Shown: one piece after another, positions 37,025 to 51,690 of the stretch
How the letters are laid out: each line of letters starts with the position of its first letter
Numbering within the stretch: position 1 is the first letter of the stretch
DNA from: Chiloscyllium plagiosum
Taxonomy: Eukaryota
Direction: 5' to 3'
Length of the DNA stretch: 64,000 nucleotides
Assembly: GCF_004010195.1 (NCBI RefSeq)
Contig: NC_057750.1
Coordinates: 2,858,112 to 2,922,111, forward strand
Position numbers and translations under genes: made by a program
Notes under the pieces: generated by a model
What the model was told of the DNA's origin: nothing
Databases searched by the model: none
Seen by the model: only the letters and a program-made list of their open reading frames with translations

Positions 37025-37727
37025 CAAAATAGACAATAGGTGCAGCAGTAGGCCAATCGGCCCTTCGAGCCAGCACCACCATTCATTATGATCATGGCTG
37101 ATCATCCACAATCAGTATCTTGTTCCTGCCTTATCCCCATAATCCTTGATTCCACTATCTTTAAGAGCTCTATCCATCTCTTTCTTGAAAGTATCCAGAG
37201 ACTTGGCCTCCACTGCCTTCTGGGGCAAAGCATTTCATACATCCACTACTCTCTGGGTGAAGAAGTTTCTCCTCATCTCTGTTCTAAATAACCTATCCCT
37301 TATTTTTAAACTGCGTCCTCTGGTTCTGGACTCACCCATCAGCGGAAACATGCTTCCTGCCTTCAGAGCGTCCAATCCTTAAATAATCTTATACATCTCA
37401 ATCAGATCCCCTCTCATCCTTCTAACCTCAAGTGTATACAAGCCCAGTCGCTCCAATTTTTCAACAAATGGTAGTCTCCCCTTTCCGGGAATTGGCCTTG
37501 TGAACCTACGCTGCACTCCCTCAATAGCCAGAATGTCCTTCCTCAAATTTGGAGACCAGAACTGCACACAATACTCCAGGTGCGGTCTCACCAGGGCCCT
37601 GTATAGCTGCAGAAGGACCTCTTTGCTCCTATACCCAATTCCTAGTTATGAAGGCCAGCAAGCCACTAGCTTTCTTCACTGCCTGCTGTACCTGCATGCT
37701 TGCTTTTATTGACCGATGTACAAGAAC
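37025..37727 (-). mobile_element. CR1 LINE 3' fragment (second subfamily)
   Basis: ORF 37379..37591 RPHLEYCVQFWSPNLRKDILAIEGVQRRFTR. Confidence 0.88.
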
Positions 37728-40700
37728 AAAATGTTAATATAAACTTTGCATTTGGAGTTGGCACTGACTAGAACTGAATTTTAATAAATCTAACTCTCCA
37801 ATACCAATCCCGGGTGCTGGATAGTCTATTATCATCAAAAACAGGAAAGTATTGTTTGTTCCTTTAATTCACCTCTCCGTGTGAGAGTGCGCTAAGAGAG
37901 TTCTGACTTCTCGCTCCTCATCACGTTGTTTGTGGGAGCTTGCTGTGCAGGCAGGAAGTGTGTTTTCTCCATTAAACAGCAACTGTCCTTCAAAAGCACT
38001 TCATTCATTGTTTCGTGTTTTGGGGCATTGAGGTCATGGATGTCGCAATAGAAATTTCAAGCCAATAACAGGCAGAGCCATCAGGTTGTTGAGTTGTGGG
38101 AGGAGGATAGAAAATGAGGGTTGGTTAAGGCAGGTGGTGCAACGATGTTGGGATAGGAGGAGGATTGGGGAAAGTGAGTAGCATTACAAGTAAACATCCC
38201 TTTCTCCAACATGCATGCAAGATCTATCACATTTCACTTAAGGAGTGAAACATTCAAATCCATCGCTGCAAAAGCATATTCTTGTGTAAAATACGAGACA
38301 CAGAATATTGGTGCTCGAACACAGATCATTCTACCTCTAAACTCTTCAATGCTCTAAGTATGGATTAGAGTGGTGCTGGAAAAGCACAGCAAGTCAGGCA
38401 GCATTGAGGAGCAGGAAAATCAACGTTTCGGGCAAAAGTTCTTCATCAGGAATGCTGACAGTATCTCAAGGTTGGCCATTATTCTCCCTCTCTATTGTTT
38501 AGCCAACCACTTGTTTTTGCAGGCCTTATTGCCATGGCTAGTCCACACGAATATGCTTTCCCACATTCTTACATCCTCCAAAACCAGATGACAAGAGGAA
38601 ATCAGAGGAAGGGCACCAGATGCAGTCGAGAGATTCAGTGCTAATCTAGTGTACTCTTCCCAAAAGCTGGAACTTTTCCTGAGACATTCCGACATGCAAC
38701 ATATTTCCAAATAGGATACAATTGTTGGAACAATATATAAAGGCTAGTGGGATTGGCACAGAAAAATGGAGATTCTATAAATAGAAAGCAGGAATTATCA
38801 GCCTGAGACTGAAGATGTTACCTAGTAGGGTGATGAAACATCTGGAAATGAACCTTCCAGCTCAGCGAGCAAACCTACATCCAAAGTGGAGACGTGAGGA
38901 AGTTTCATCATGATGATGCTAGATCATCTTTGCTTGGTGAGAGGCAGCAATGTAACCATGATACCAGTACATTACTGATTTCAGGGGCTCGGATAATGCT
39001 CTGGAACAAGGGTTCAAATCCCATTACTGTATCTGGTAAAATTTAATCAATCTGGAATTGAAAGTGAGTCTCACTGAAAACTACCATTGATCGTTATAAG
39101 AATAAACTATTTAATTTGCTTATGCTCTTTTAGGGAATGAAACCTCTCTAATGATACTTTGTCTGACCTACGGGTGTCTCCAGATGCTATTAATTGTCCT
39201 CTGAAATAAGCCAATAGGACTATTTGGAATGGGCATTAAATGCCCATCACAGAAAAGAAAGTGCCAAGATTATATGTCAGGGCAAATCTTGCACACTAAT
39301 AGGTATTGGTATCTGGAGAAGCAGCAGGAATGATGTATTATATCCCAAGCTTGCAATCAGGGCATCACAAAGGATGCAAAACAACTGAGCCATATGCAGT
39401 GACCTTCAGAATGAATTTACAGTTTATGGTTGCATACAGGAAGTATTTTCTTCACTCCTTGTGAGAAATGCGCTGTTGTCACTGATGCAGATAATTGCTT
39501 CAAGAGTTTGGAAAGAGTACGCATGGTCAATTACCATCATCGATTCTTTAAGAGAATTAATTATTTCCTAAATTGATCAGTACATGTAGATTGAGGGTTT
39601 ATAGTCTATAGCATTCATTGAGTTTAGCTAGGTCCTGGAGGTGTGTCATAGCATTTTTGAACAGTCTGATAAAATCATTTTACATTACTATTTATGGCAG
39701 CTTGGTGTGCATATGCTGGCTGCTGAACATTCTACAATGCAGCAGCAATATACTTCAAAAGTATTTCTTTGGCTGTAATGTGTTTTAGCACCTTGCAAAG
39801 CTGTGAAACAGGTACAGAAATGTACAGGTACAGCCAAATCTTCGACCCGTAAGGCAAAAGCCACGTTCCAGCTTTTGTCTCCAAGTAATAATGGAGTTAT
39901 TCAGACCTGGGCTGCAGAGCCGAGACCGACCACAAAGGTGAAGCACAGATACAAGGGGAAAAAATCCTCGAAAGGGAGGGAGTGTTTGAGGTGTGCAATC
40001 TACTGCAAGTTCTTATCCATTCCTATCATGGGAACTGCCTCATGAACAAGCCACACTGCAATAATGGCCTCCAGTCAGAGGTAGCGTTACACAGACAATG
40101 GTAAATTCTAGATACAAATAACATCACGAGATATGGGAACAGTGTGGGTGGGAGTGAGGAATGGATCCTGTCATCAGTGACATTGTCAAGAATGTGGCAA
40201 AAGCTTAATGACCTCAAGTAAGTAACAGATTCCTGCAAATTTCACTAGGGTGGTAAGCTCCTCTGCCACCAATGGCAATGCTCAACTTCAGGGTCTTTTT
40301 AAAAAGCAAATGTTCTTCAGGACAGTTAAAATGAATCCCTCAAAGTGAAACAAGTACTTATGCTTGATCTACTCATGAGGAGCTGAAACCATAAACACTG
40401 AGGTCAAATGCTCATTACTTAACATGCATCACTCACTGGCCCATGCCAAGGGTTGCACTGATGGTTTGGCTCGCTCCAGGAACAATATATTTGATTTGTG
40501 AGGAAAAGGCAGAAACTGATAAAATGGTTTAAGGTGAGGGAGAGTGAAGATATAAACGACACCTAAGGGGCAACGTTTTTACGCAGAGAGTGGTACGTTT
40601 TTGGAATGAGCTGCCAGAGAAACTGGTGGAGGCTGGTACAATTGCAACATTTAAAAGGCATCTGGTTGGGTATATGAATAGAAAGGGTTTGGAGGGATAT

Positions 40701-41533
40701 GGGCTGAGTGCTGGCATGTGGGACTAGATTGGGTTGGGATCTCTGGTCGGCATGGAATGTTTCCATGCTGAACATATCTATGACTATGTAACTTCTATAT
40801 AGTGAGGAACAAAGCCTTCTGCTGGTGGGTTTAGTGCTGCTCTAATTGCAGAAAAATATCAGAAGGAATTACAAGAATTGAAAAAGGTGCAGAGGGAACT
40901 ATTCGGCAACCATTCCCTCCTTGTTCCCCAGTGCCCAAGATCAGAGGGGGCAGTTGTGAATACATTGATGAAGCAGCAGACTGACATCCTGAGTCAAATG
41001 ATCTTGTGCTATGGCTGTAATGAAGTTTTCTATACTCACAGGTTATGTGAAAAATGTGTCAGAATTTGGGCAGCTGGAGTAAAGAGTTCCAGGTTTAGAC
41101 TGATTCACATTGCAATACAATGCAGTGTACCGTGTGGTGAGATCTTGGATTCTAGAGTGTTCCAAGAATGAGGCAAAGGAAGAGTCAATCATATCTTTCA
41201 AAAGGGTATCAGAACATTTCTTGAGGAAAAGACATTGCGGAGCTGTGGAGAGAGGGCTCCAAGTCGCTCTTGCAGCAGGCTAGTAAAAACATGAAGGCCC
41301 AAAATGGCCTCTTGCATTGAAAGCTTTCCACAAGTCCATTCTATAATTAGAGGTTAGCCTCAAATAGAAAGCATCATTGATCTGATGAGAAATAGAGACA
41401 ATTCCAATTGTTTAGTACACACTTTGACTTAAATCTTTTTTGTTTCCTTTGGAATAAAGAAGGGGCAAAGTTAGATTAAAAGGTTCAGAATTATTCAAAC
41501 TTATTGCATATCAACACATAACTCAGGCATTCC

Positions 41534-41727
41534 AATAAAAAGCAAAAGAACTACGGATGCTGTAAATCAGAAATGAGAACAGAAATTGCTGGAAAAGCAC
41601 AGCAGGTCTGGTGTCATCGGTGGAGAGAGAGTGACCCTTCCTCACTGGACGTGAAACATTAACTCTCTGCGTTCTCTCCAACAATGCTGCCAGACCTGCT
41701 AAGCTTTTCCAGCAATTTCTGTTTTTG
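41534..41727. mobile_element. Palindromic short PLE insertion (family 3, older)
   Basis: Inverted arms cagaaattgctggaaaagc / gcttttccagcaatttctg; long tail on the left; TSD actcagg(c/a)attc at 41521 and 41728. Confidence 0.75.
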
Positions 41728-41790
41728 ACTCAGGAATTCTAAATAGTTTCACCTATGAATTACTGGCATCAGCTTACAAGCCATCACCGT

Positions 41791-42090
41791 GGGCGGCACG
41801 GTGGTTAGCACTGCTGCCTCACAGCGCCTGAGACCCGGGTTCAATTCCCGCCTCAGGCGACTGACTGTGTGGAGTTTGCACATTCTCCTCGTGTCTGTGT
41901 GGGTTTCCTCTGGGTGCTCCGGTTTCCTCCCACAGTCCAAAGATGTGCAGGTCAGGTGAATTGACCATGTTAAATTGCCCATAGTGTTAGGTAATGGGTA
42001 AATATAGGGGTATGGGTGGGTTGCGCTTCGGCGGGTCGGTGTGGACTTGTTGGGCCGAAGGGCCTGTTTCCACACTGTAATGTAATGTAA
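41791..42090 (+). mobile_element. Young V-SINE (HE1-like)
   Basis: tRNA head, V-domain, (tgtaa)3 tail. Confidence 0.92.
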
Positions 42091-42900
42091 AAAAAAATGT
42101 AAAAAAATCATGTAGAAAGCGAGAATCCAGAAAGCAGAAGTGAGATCAGTGGTAGTGTTGCTCAGGAGAATAATGCTAGCCATTGCAGTAAAACTCTCTG
42201 CCCTTCTCTGAACTGTACCACTGGACCCTTTTGCATTCACCAGCCAGACCGACAGATCTTTGCTTAGCACCGCAACAGACAACAGTTATGCCACTCCTTC
42301 TGTTACACTGACTAACCTTTTCCATTTAACTTTAACCCTTCTTTATTCCAAGGGAAATGAAGGATCCCAGTCAAAAAAAATCCCAATAGAGTAAAAAAAA
42401 ATTGAAATTGTCTAACTCGGCCAACATTGTTCCATTGACTTGGCTCCTGGTGCAAAAGATCAAACCATTTGAAGGCAGAAACAAACACAGAACACTGGAA
42501 AAACTGGCAGCACTCCGTCAAACAGAGGTGACACTAAATTTAAAGCATTAACTATGTTTCTGTCTCCACTAATGTTGCCAGACCTGCTGAGTTCATCCAG
42601 CATTATTTTGATTTCCAGCATCCACAGTATTTTGCTTTTATTTGAAGAGAGCGCCTTTTTTCGTGTGCAGCTGATTCGTCCAAGTCTGTTTCAATCTTTT
42701 TGTACAAATACCCATGCTTGTTTAGAAAGGGGTCGGTTTATGCTCAGCCTACACCAGAACACCCAGCTTGCTACGCAGCTTAAAGGCATTAATCTTGCCT
42801 TCAATGAGAACATTGGGAACGGAGTCAAATCAAGAGGGAGTACGTGAAGAATAGAAAGAGTGGGAGAACAAAAGGGCAAGATTGAGGTTGGGATCAACAG

Positions 42901-44075
42901 CTGGATGAGGGTAAAGCGGTTGATGTAGTGTATGTGGACATTTGATAAGGTTCCTCATGGTAAGCTATTGCAGAAAATACAGAGGCATGGGATTGAGGGT
43001 GATTTAGCGGTTTGGATCAGAAATTGGCTAGCTGAAAGATGATACAGGGTGGTGGTTGATGGGAAATGTTCATCCTGGAGTTGAGTTACTAGTGGTGTAC
43101 CACAAGGATCTGTTTGGGGCCACTTTTGTTTGTCATTTTTAAAAATTACCTGAATGAGGGCGTAGAAAGATGGGTTAGTAAATTTGCAGATGACACTAAG
43201 GTCGGTGGAGTTGTGGATAGTGTTGAGGAATGTAGCAAGATACAGAGGGATGTAGATAAGCTACAGAGCTGGGCTGAGGGGTGGCAAATGGAGTTTAATG
43301 CGGAAAAATGTGAGGTGATTCATTTTGGAAGGAGTAACAGGAATAAAAGAGTACTGGGCTAATGGTAAGATTCTTGGCAGTATAAATGAGCAGAGAGATC
43401 TGTGTCCATGTACATAGATCTCTGAAAGTTGCCACCCAGGTTGATAGGATTGTTAAGAAGGCATATGGCGTGTTAGCTTTTATTGGTAGAGTGATTGAGT
43501 TTCGGAGCCACAAGGTCATGCTGCAGCTGTACAAAACTCTGGTACAGCCGCACTTGGAGTACTGCGCACAGTTCTGGTCACCGCATTATAAGAAGGATGT
43601 GGAAGCCTTGGAAAGGGTTCAGAGGTGATTTACTATGATGCTGCCTGGTATGGAGGGAAGGTCTTATGAGGAAAGGCTGAGGGACTTGAGGCTGTTCTCA
43701 TTAGAGGAAGTGGTTGAGAGGTGACTTAATAGAGACAAAAAAGATAATCAAAGGGTTAGATAGGGTGGACAATGAGAGCCTTTTTCCTCAGATGGTGATG
43801 GCTAGCACGAGGGGACATAGCTTTAAATTGAGGGGTGATGGATATAGGACAGATGTCAGAGGTAGTTTGTTACTCAGACTAGTAGGGGCATGGAACACCT
43901 TGTCTGCAACACTAGTAGACCTGCCAACCTTAAGGACATTTAAATGGTCATTGGATAAACATATGGATGTACATGGAATAGTATAGGGATAGATGGGCTT
44001 CAGATTGGTTCCACAGGTCAGCGCAATATCAAGGGCCAAAGGACCTGTACTGCGCTGGAATATCCTATGTTCTAT
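42901..44075 (+). mobile_element. 5'-truncated CR1 LINE
   Basis: [46 protein letters not shown]. Confidence 0.9.
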
Positions 44076-44079
44076 CTTG

Positions 44080-46223
44080 AGCAGGGGTTTCCCATTTTGA
44101 TCAGCACTTCACAATTCACAGCAGCATAAACAAATATATACACACGCATGCACACAATAAACGCAGTATGAAACACAACAGAGACGGAAAACTCTGTAAA
44201 ACTGTTTTCTAATCAGTAATTAGAAAATGTAAAAACCTTAAGTTCACCCTCTTGGCACAGTTTTGAAAAACACTCTTTAAACAGTAAATCTTGTTGTAAA
44301 GTAGCTACTCAAGAAAATAAGTTGCTGCATTCTCAAAAAAAATACTGTATCGTGTTACAAAAAAATTACAATATAAATATCCTTAAACAAAACCAGGCAA
44401 AGCCATTCAGTAGTCACTTCATCCATCCACACCGAGAGTGAAGCTGCATTCAGGACACTGGCTCAAACACAACTTCCCCGGGACACTGCTGCACTGAGCT
44501 GCCAGGAAACAATTTGTGGAAACCCTTCTATTTTAGATGAGACTTCTACAAGGGCATGGATTAATCTCAAGTTTTCGAACCAATTGTTCACGCGCGAGCC
44601 AGTCCTCTCAGCCCAGTTAGATAAATGCAAACCTCTAACGTCAGGAAGGTTGACAGGGCTTGCCCTTGTTGGATTCCACATCTCTGGAAACTGGTCTGGT
44701 TTCTTCCAATCCCCCAATGCTGGGAATGGGGGTCGTCAGTGTTGAATGGCGAATTGTGGGCACTGGGCTGTTCTCTTGCACAGAGGGATAACTGAATTAG
44801 AAGATACTGATCACAGGAGACCTCACACTTGCCAAAGACTGCTCAGCCTTTCACTAAAGAAAAGGCCAAAATGAAAGGTGCTCTCAAAAGGGACATGAGG
44901 AACCATACAGAGCTAACAGGGATTTCTTGATGAACCACCTCCGAATTTATGCTGTGTGGCCATCTCACTCTGAATAAGCATCCTTTTGAGTTTTTAATCA
45001 CACCCCCATCATTGTCAAAAACACGTTAGTATGCGAAGTAAACCAGACTAAATAGATATAGATCCCCTCAGCTAATTCTTCTGACCTGCTGACAAAAAGT
45101 GCATTAGTAACTCCTTTTACTTGGCAAAATTATTCTGAGGAAAACCATTCTTTTAGCACTCTACAACTTCTTTGTTTGAGATGAAAAAATGCCAAAGGAA
45201 ATGATCTGAACGAAGAGGCAGGAAATTCCAGCATTGCAACGTTTGCATAGAGGCTTCCACAAGGTGCATCAGTCCCTGGTGAACAGGTACCAGCGTAGAT
45301 AGGTGCCACTAATTTGCCCCAATTCACAGTGTCTACAGTTAGTGTCCTCCTTTTCGAACCGAGGGTGCTTAATGCTTTGTGACATACACAGTGTCCACTA
45401 CTTCGTGCATTCTACTGCCCACATTTATCATGCCTGATGTGACCCCAGGGTGCTAGGAGAGACTGCCGTTCAAAAACTCTGCATTATCAACTACGTCTAT
45501 GCACACATCCCCCATTTTCCATCCCCTTAAACTGACCAAATGGTAAAATAAACATGCACAACCAATCGCTAAGTCCAATGGGATGCAGAAAAGGCACTGA
45601 ATGTACACATCATCACTCTCGCTCTGACAATACACCAGCATTCTTTGCCAAGATGAAGTCAGAAGATCGTTTCACAGGTAGCATCCCTCATTCCCTCCCT
45701 TACCCTCACCCTCCCCCCCCCAGCCCCACCCCATATACACACACACACACACACATACTGAATCCCGATGCATGCTCCATACTGGTACAGCCACTATATC
45801 TAACAGTGTTTAAAATCAGCTCATGATTTGGAGGAAATAATCAATTCCAGTGTAGATCCTCTTAGTTGTTCTGTGTTCAAGCTACATTAAATCAACTCTC
45901 TTTAAGCAGTCTCTTTAAGTTACACTTTATAAATCAAAAGTCTTGGAGTTCAGTAGTATTCATATTCCTTTGTGGTTCTAACCCCCTTGAAAACAGTAGT
46001 GTCGAAGTTCAGAGTCAGAAGATCCAGTTGAAATGGGTGGTTGCTGAGGCAACAATTTGCCAGGGGTAGAAAGCGAATCTCTCAGGCCCACTATTCAGAC
46101 AGGAAATTACCCTGTTCACATAAATGCCAAATGATTTATTTATGAGATATACGTTTCGAAAGTTTTAAATCAGATTCTTTCTGTTTCTCTCCCGATGCTG
46201 CGTCCTGCAACTTGTGAATTCTC
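44080..46223 (-). other. PAK4: Probable PAK4 3' UTR (distal end not determinable)
   Basis: ~2.1 kb of repeat-poor sequence, U-rich on -, directly after the stop codon. Confidence 0.55.
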
Positions 46224-46379
<156 letters not shown>

Positions 46380-47618
46380 CTAGCAGGAGAAAGGAGAAAA
46401 GAGTTCAGAAATAAAAACATTCCGAGAATGGACACATACTGCCTACATTGCTCAACTGACAGCAGTCCTGAGACCTGGAACAGTCACCCAGAAACAAAAG
46501 CTCAAATCCTTCCACCACAGTAGGGAATATAACATCGAGTTACTCAATTACGTTTGGAATAAAATTAATGGAGATTGTGTAAATAGCAGATTATTGGGAG
46601 CTCTTGTGGTGCTGTGGTAGTGTCCCTACATTTCAGTCAGGAGGCCTGTTTTAAAGTCTACATGCTCCAGAGATTGTGTAATAATATTTCTGAACAGGTT
46701 AATGAGAAAACATCTTAAATACAGATTGTCCTAAAAGCCCATCGAGTTGGTTAATGCCTTTTAGAAAGGAAGGTCGCTTTCCTCTCATGCCAGAGATCTC
46801 AGGAATTAAGAGAACTAGGCCATTTGGTCCCTCTGACCTGTTCTATCACTAATCAGATCAAACAAGATCTTACTGACAGCCTCAAATCTCACCCATTCCC
46901 AACAGCCTTAGATTCTTGACTCACAACGGAGTCAATCAGTTTTGAACATGAATATCTTGAACAAAGTCAGTTACTTAACAACTGAAGGGAGAGGGAGGTT
47001 AAAGTCAGAACCACAGTCCTGGTACTGGGCTCTGACCCAATATTGACTGGAATTTGTTCCTAAGCTTTCTCTCTTCCCTCGAGCTGCTCTTTAAAACCTC
47101 GGTCTTTGACCAAGCTTCTTGCATGGCTCAGCATCAAATTTTGTCTGAGACAAACTTTCCTTATCAATTGCTTTGAATGCAGACTCTTGAATGCATTCAG
47201 CCTTCGATAAGAAAACAATTTCAGAATTTGGGATGCTAAGGCAGCTTTGAGGGAGGCAAAAGCATTAGTGAGGCAATAGCCTCATGGTATTATCATTAGA
47301 CTACTAATCCAGAAACTCAGCTAATGTCCCGGGGAATGTGGGTTCGAAACCCCCCACCACAGATGGTGGTATTTGAATTCAATAAGAAAAAAATCTGGAA
47401 AGAAGAATAATGAATCCATTGTCAGAAAAACCCATCTGGGTCACTAATGTCCTTTAGGGAAGGAAACTGCCATCCTTACCTGGTCTGGCCTACACGTGAC
47501 TCCAGATGCACAGCAAGGTGACTGGCTCTTAACTGCCCTCTGGGCAATTAGGGATGGACAATAGTGCTGGCCTGGCCACTGACAGCCTCATTCCATGAAT
47601 GAGTAAATAAACTACATA

Positions 47619-48757
47619 GTGAGTTTTGAGAAGAACTGTAGCTCAGGTTGAGGTTCATGATGTAGGTTTGCTGAACTGAAAGGTTCATTTTCAGACGCTT
47701 CGTCACCATACTAGGTAACATTAGTGAGCCTCCGGATGAAACCCTGGTGGTATGGCCCACTTTCTATTTGTGTGTTTAGGTTTCCTTGGGTTGGTGATGT
47801 CATTTCCTGTGGTGATGTCATTTCCTATTCTTTTTCTCAGGGGATAGTAAATGGGATCCAAGTTGATGTATTTGTTGATAGAGTTCCAGGTGGAATAGCA
47901 AGCTCCTAGGAATTCTTGAGAGTGTCTTTCTATTTGCCTTGTCCTAGGATGGATGTGTTGTCCCAGTCGAAGTGGTGTCCTTCCTCCTCTGTATGTAAGG
48001 ATACTAGCGAGAGTGAGTCATGTCTTTTTGTGGCTAGTTGATATTCAAGTATCCTGGTGGTTAGTTTTCTGCCTGTTTGTCCAATGTAGTGTTTGTTACA
48101 GTTCTTCCAAGGTGCTTTGTAAATTACATTAGTTTTGTTTGTTATCTGTGCAGGGTCTTTCAAGTTCATTAGCTTCTGTTCTAGTGTGTTGGTGGGTTTG
48201 TGGACTACCATGATGCCAAGGGGTCTGAATAGTCTGGCAGTCATTTCCGAGATGCCTTTGACTTAGGGGAGAGTGGCTAGGGTTTCTGGACGGGTTTTGT
48301 CTGCTTGTTAGGGTTTGTTGCTGAGAAATCGGCGGACTGTGTTTACTGGGTACCCATTCTTTTTGAATACACGGTACAGGTGGTTTTCCTCTGCTCTGCG
48401 TAGTTCTTCTGTGCTGCAGTGTGTACAGTATCCTTACATACAGATAAGGAAGGACACCACTCCGACTGGGACAACAGGTCCAATTGGACAAGCCAAACAG
48501 AGACATGCACAAGAATTCCTAGAAGCATGGCATTCCAGCCTGAACTCTATCAATAAACACATTGACTTGGACCCCATTTGCCACCACCTGATAAAAAGAA
48601 TAGGAAATGTCACCACAGGAAATGACGCCACCAAGGAAACTTAAACACACAAATAGAAAGCGGGCCATGCCACCAGAGGGTCACTGATGATACCTAGTAT
48701 GGTGACAAAACAATGTCTGAAAACAAACCTTCCAGCTCAATGAGCAAACCTATATCC
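47619..48757. mobile_element. Poseidon-like PLE, head-to-head inverted arms (- arm to ~48425, + arm from ~48428)
   Basis: GIY-YIG NVIYK..CNKHYIGQTGRKL..R (ORF 47930..48244); TSD ataaactacata at 47607-47618 and 48758-48769. Confidence 0.88.
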
Positions 48758-49767
48758 ATAAACTACATAAATTCAGACTTCCGAATGCATTCAGCTTTAG
48801 ATAAGAAAACAATCTCAGAATTTCTAAACTTATATAAATAAAGCCAAATAGACAAAGGTTGTTATTTTTGCAAAGGTTTTCCACCCTTAATAAGTTGTAT
48901 GCTTTTTTTTTTGTTGCAGCCAGACACAGCCTTTCTCTGGGGGTGAATGGATAAACTTGCTGAGCAGCATTCTCTCACTGGTTCGGGCGAGGGAAAGTGC
49001 AATGAAAGTTAATCGTGATCTGGCTCTGTATCTGCAAGCAGCTGGTTGGTGGCTCACAGTCAGCTGACTGGGTGAGGAGACACCAGCTTTGGAGCTGAAG
49101 CTTGCTGTTACAAAGAAAGTTTGGTGTCTCTCTCAACTCCAGGGTGATGAAAGTGATTAGGTTATGACTTTTAAGTTTCAAGAGTTTAAAAGTGATCACT
49201 CCAGTAAGACACACATTTCTCCAGAATTGTCAGCAGTCATTGGAGCTGAGTAGATTGTACGGAGATGTTATTGAAAGGGGGACTTGATAGGGCAGATGTG
49301 GCGAGATTTGTTTTCCCTGTGGGACAGTCCAGGACCAGAGGGCACAATCCCAGAATAAGGGATCACCCCTTTGAGACAGAGATGAAGAAAAAATCCTTCT
49401 CTCAGTGGGTGGTGAATTTGCAGAATTCTTTACCAGAGAGCGTTGACAAGGCTGGGTGTCATGCAGTATATTCTAGGCTGAGAGAGACAGATTTCTAGGG
49501 GAAGTAGGTAGGTGAATTAAGGATTATAGGGAAAAGGCAGGAAAGTGGAACTGAGGATTATCTGACCAGCCACAATCTCACTGAATGATGAATGGTTTCT
49601 ACTTCTATGTCTAAAGATGTTAATAGTCCCAAATTCCTGCGACTGCTCAATTCACTGAAGCAGTAAAGATGAGGAACCTATTTTTATAGGTGTTGCCAAT
49701 CTCTGGATTGTTCCACTTCTCTAAGTGCAGTCCATTCCTCACTGAGGTGAATAATACTTCTGCATTA

Positions 49768-49998
<231 letters not shown>

Positions 49999-50129
49999 TC
50001 ATGCAGTTAACAAGGCATCAAGAAAGAAACCATTGAAATATTTTTAGAATGATAAAAAGCAGACAGCTAATAAAGACAGTTACTTGTAGTGATTGTAGTG
50101 AGATTGCCAAATGGACCTCATAATGGGGC

Positions 50130-50291
50130 TCAAGAGTGTGGTGCTGGAAAAGCACAGCAGTTCAGGCAGCATCAGAGGAGCAGGAAAATTGATGTTTTGG
50201 GGAAAAGCCCTTCATCAAGAATGAGGCTGCTGTGCTTTTCCAGCACCACACTCTTGACTCTAATCTCCAGCATCTTCAATACTAACTTTCA
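50130..50291. mobile_element. Palindromic short PLE insertion (family 1) with an internal deletion
   Basis: Arms tcaagagtgtggtgctggaaaagcacagcag / ctgctgtgcttttccagcaccacactcttga; ~33-nt tail; degenerate TSD ending tggggct. Confidence 0.75.
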
Positions 50292-50358
50292 CCCTGATTG
50301 GGGCTGTTAAACTGGTCCAATCAAGGAACCCTGGCTCTCAGATATAAACAGGAGGGTC

Positions 50359-50546
50359 CCCCTCCAACTCTATTTTGATTTAGTCCCTACCCTCCCCTTC
50401 ACTGTTTTGATCTCACAGCACTGTCCTTTGATGTGAGGGGCAGTGTTTGTCACTGGCCACCTGGGTGTTTTCCTATCTTCCTGGTGGTGGAAATTGAATA
50501 AAGATTCGTGCACTTTGTAAAAAAGAAAAAAAAGAAAAGAAAAAAA
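50359..50546 (+). mobile_element. Poly(A)-tailed retrocopy (L1/Tx1-type 3' end or mRNA 3' fragment)
   Basis: AATAAA at ~50497, A-rich tail ~50519-50546, perfect TSD aaacaggagggtc at 50346-50358 and 50547-50559. Confidence 0.85.
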
Positions 50547-51268
50547 AAACAGGAGGGTCAGAGGTTCTGCTCACTCTGGGAGCTGGCTCTGAGGAAGCTG
50601 GAGCCTTGTCAAGTAGCATGTAAATGTAAAGAAAGGTTGACTGGGTGACAGAATACCAGCCTCTGGAGAGTTATTTCATATTCACTGAACATAATGATAC
50701 GAAAAAAAAGTTCCTCCGCTGCCTTCTCAATAACATAGCAGATTTCTCTCTGACCACATATTTATGACAAGAGGAAAAAAAAATTCTCGTCAACTCCGAT
50801 CAAACAACTAGTTTAATCAGAGAGTGTCAAATTTAGACTCAGCTTTAGACACAGCACCCTAAAACCTGTGTATAGGTGTCCATAATACCCGAGGACTGGA
50901 GACTGCAGTCCTGAAAATGGCCGTTCCTCACAAGTAGTTTTAGAAAGCTATTTGACTATGGAGAGCATCGCCAAACTAGTGCTCAGCCAACATCTTCTGA
51001 TTCTTTTCATAGGGCGCTGACGTTAAGTGTTCAATACTTGATTAGTATAACTCAGCCAATAGAAAAGGTCAAATCTGGGTGCTCTTGATTTGTTCAGCTT
51101 ACTGCTGTGGTTGTGTGCTGCACTTTTGTTTTTACAGAAGCACAGCTGACTTATTCCACTGTGTCAATATGAAACAAGCAAGTTTAATTTTCTGTGAAAA
51201 GGCATTTAGTTGGTTATATTAATATGAATGCCAAATTCAATTGTAAACGACGTACTGACTCTCCGTCA

Positions 51269-51690
<422 letters not shown>

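Larger units (their letters stand above)
50034..50678 (+). mobile_element. Probable solo LTR hosting two younger insertions
   Basis: TGAAATA...TATTTCA inverted termini; internal CCAAT and TATAAA; no clear TSD. Confidence 0.5.

Noticed and set aside
46135..46140. AATAAA (minus strand) ~85 nt after the PAK4 stop as the main poly(A) signal
   Set aside because: No convincing downstream GU element, and ~2 kb of UTR-like sequence continues; the true end cannot be fixed from sequence
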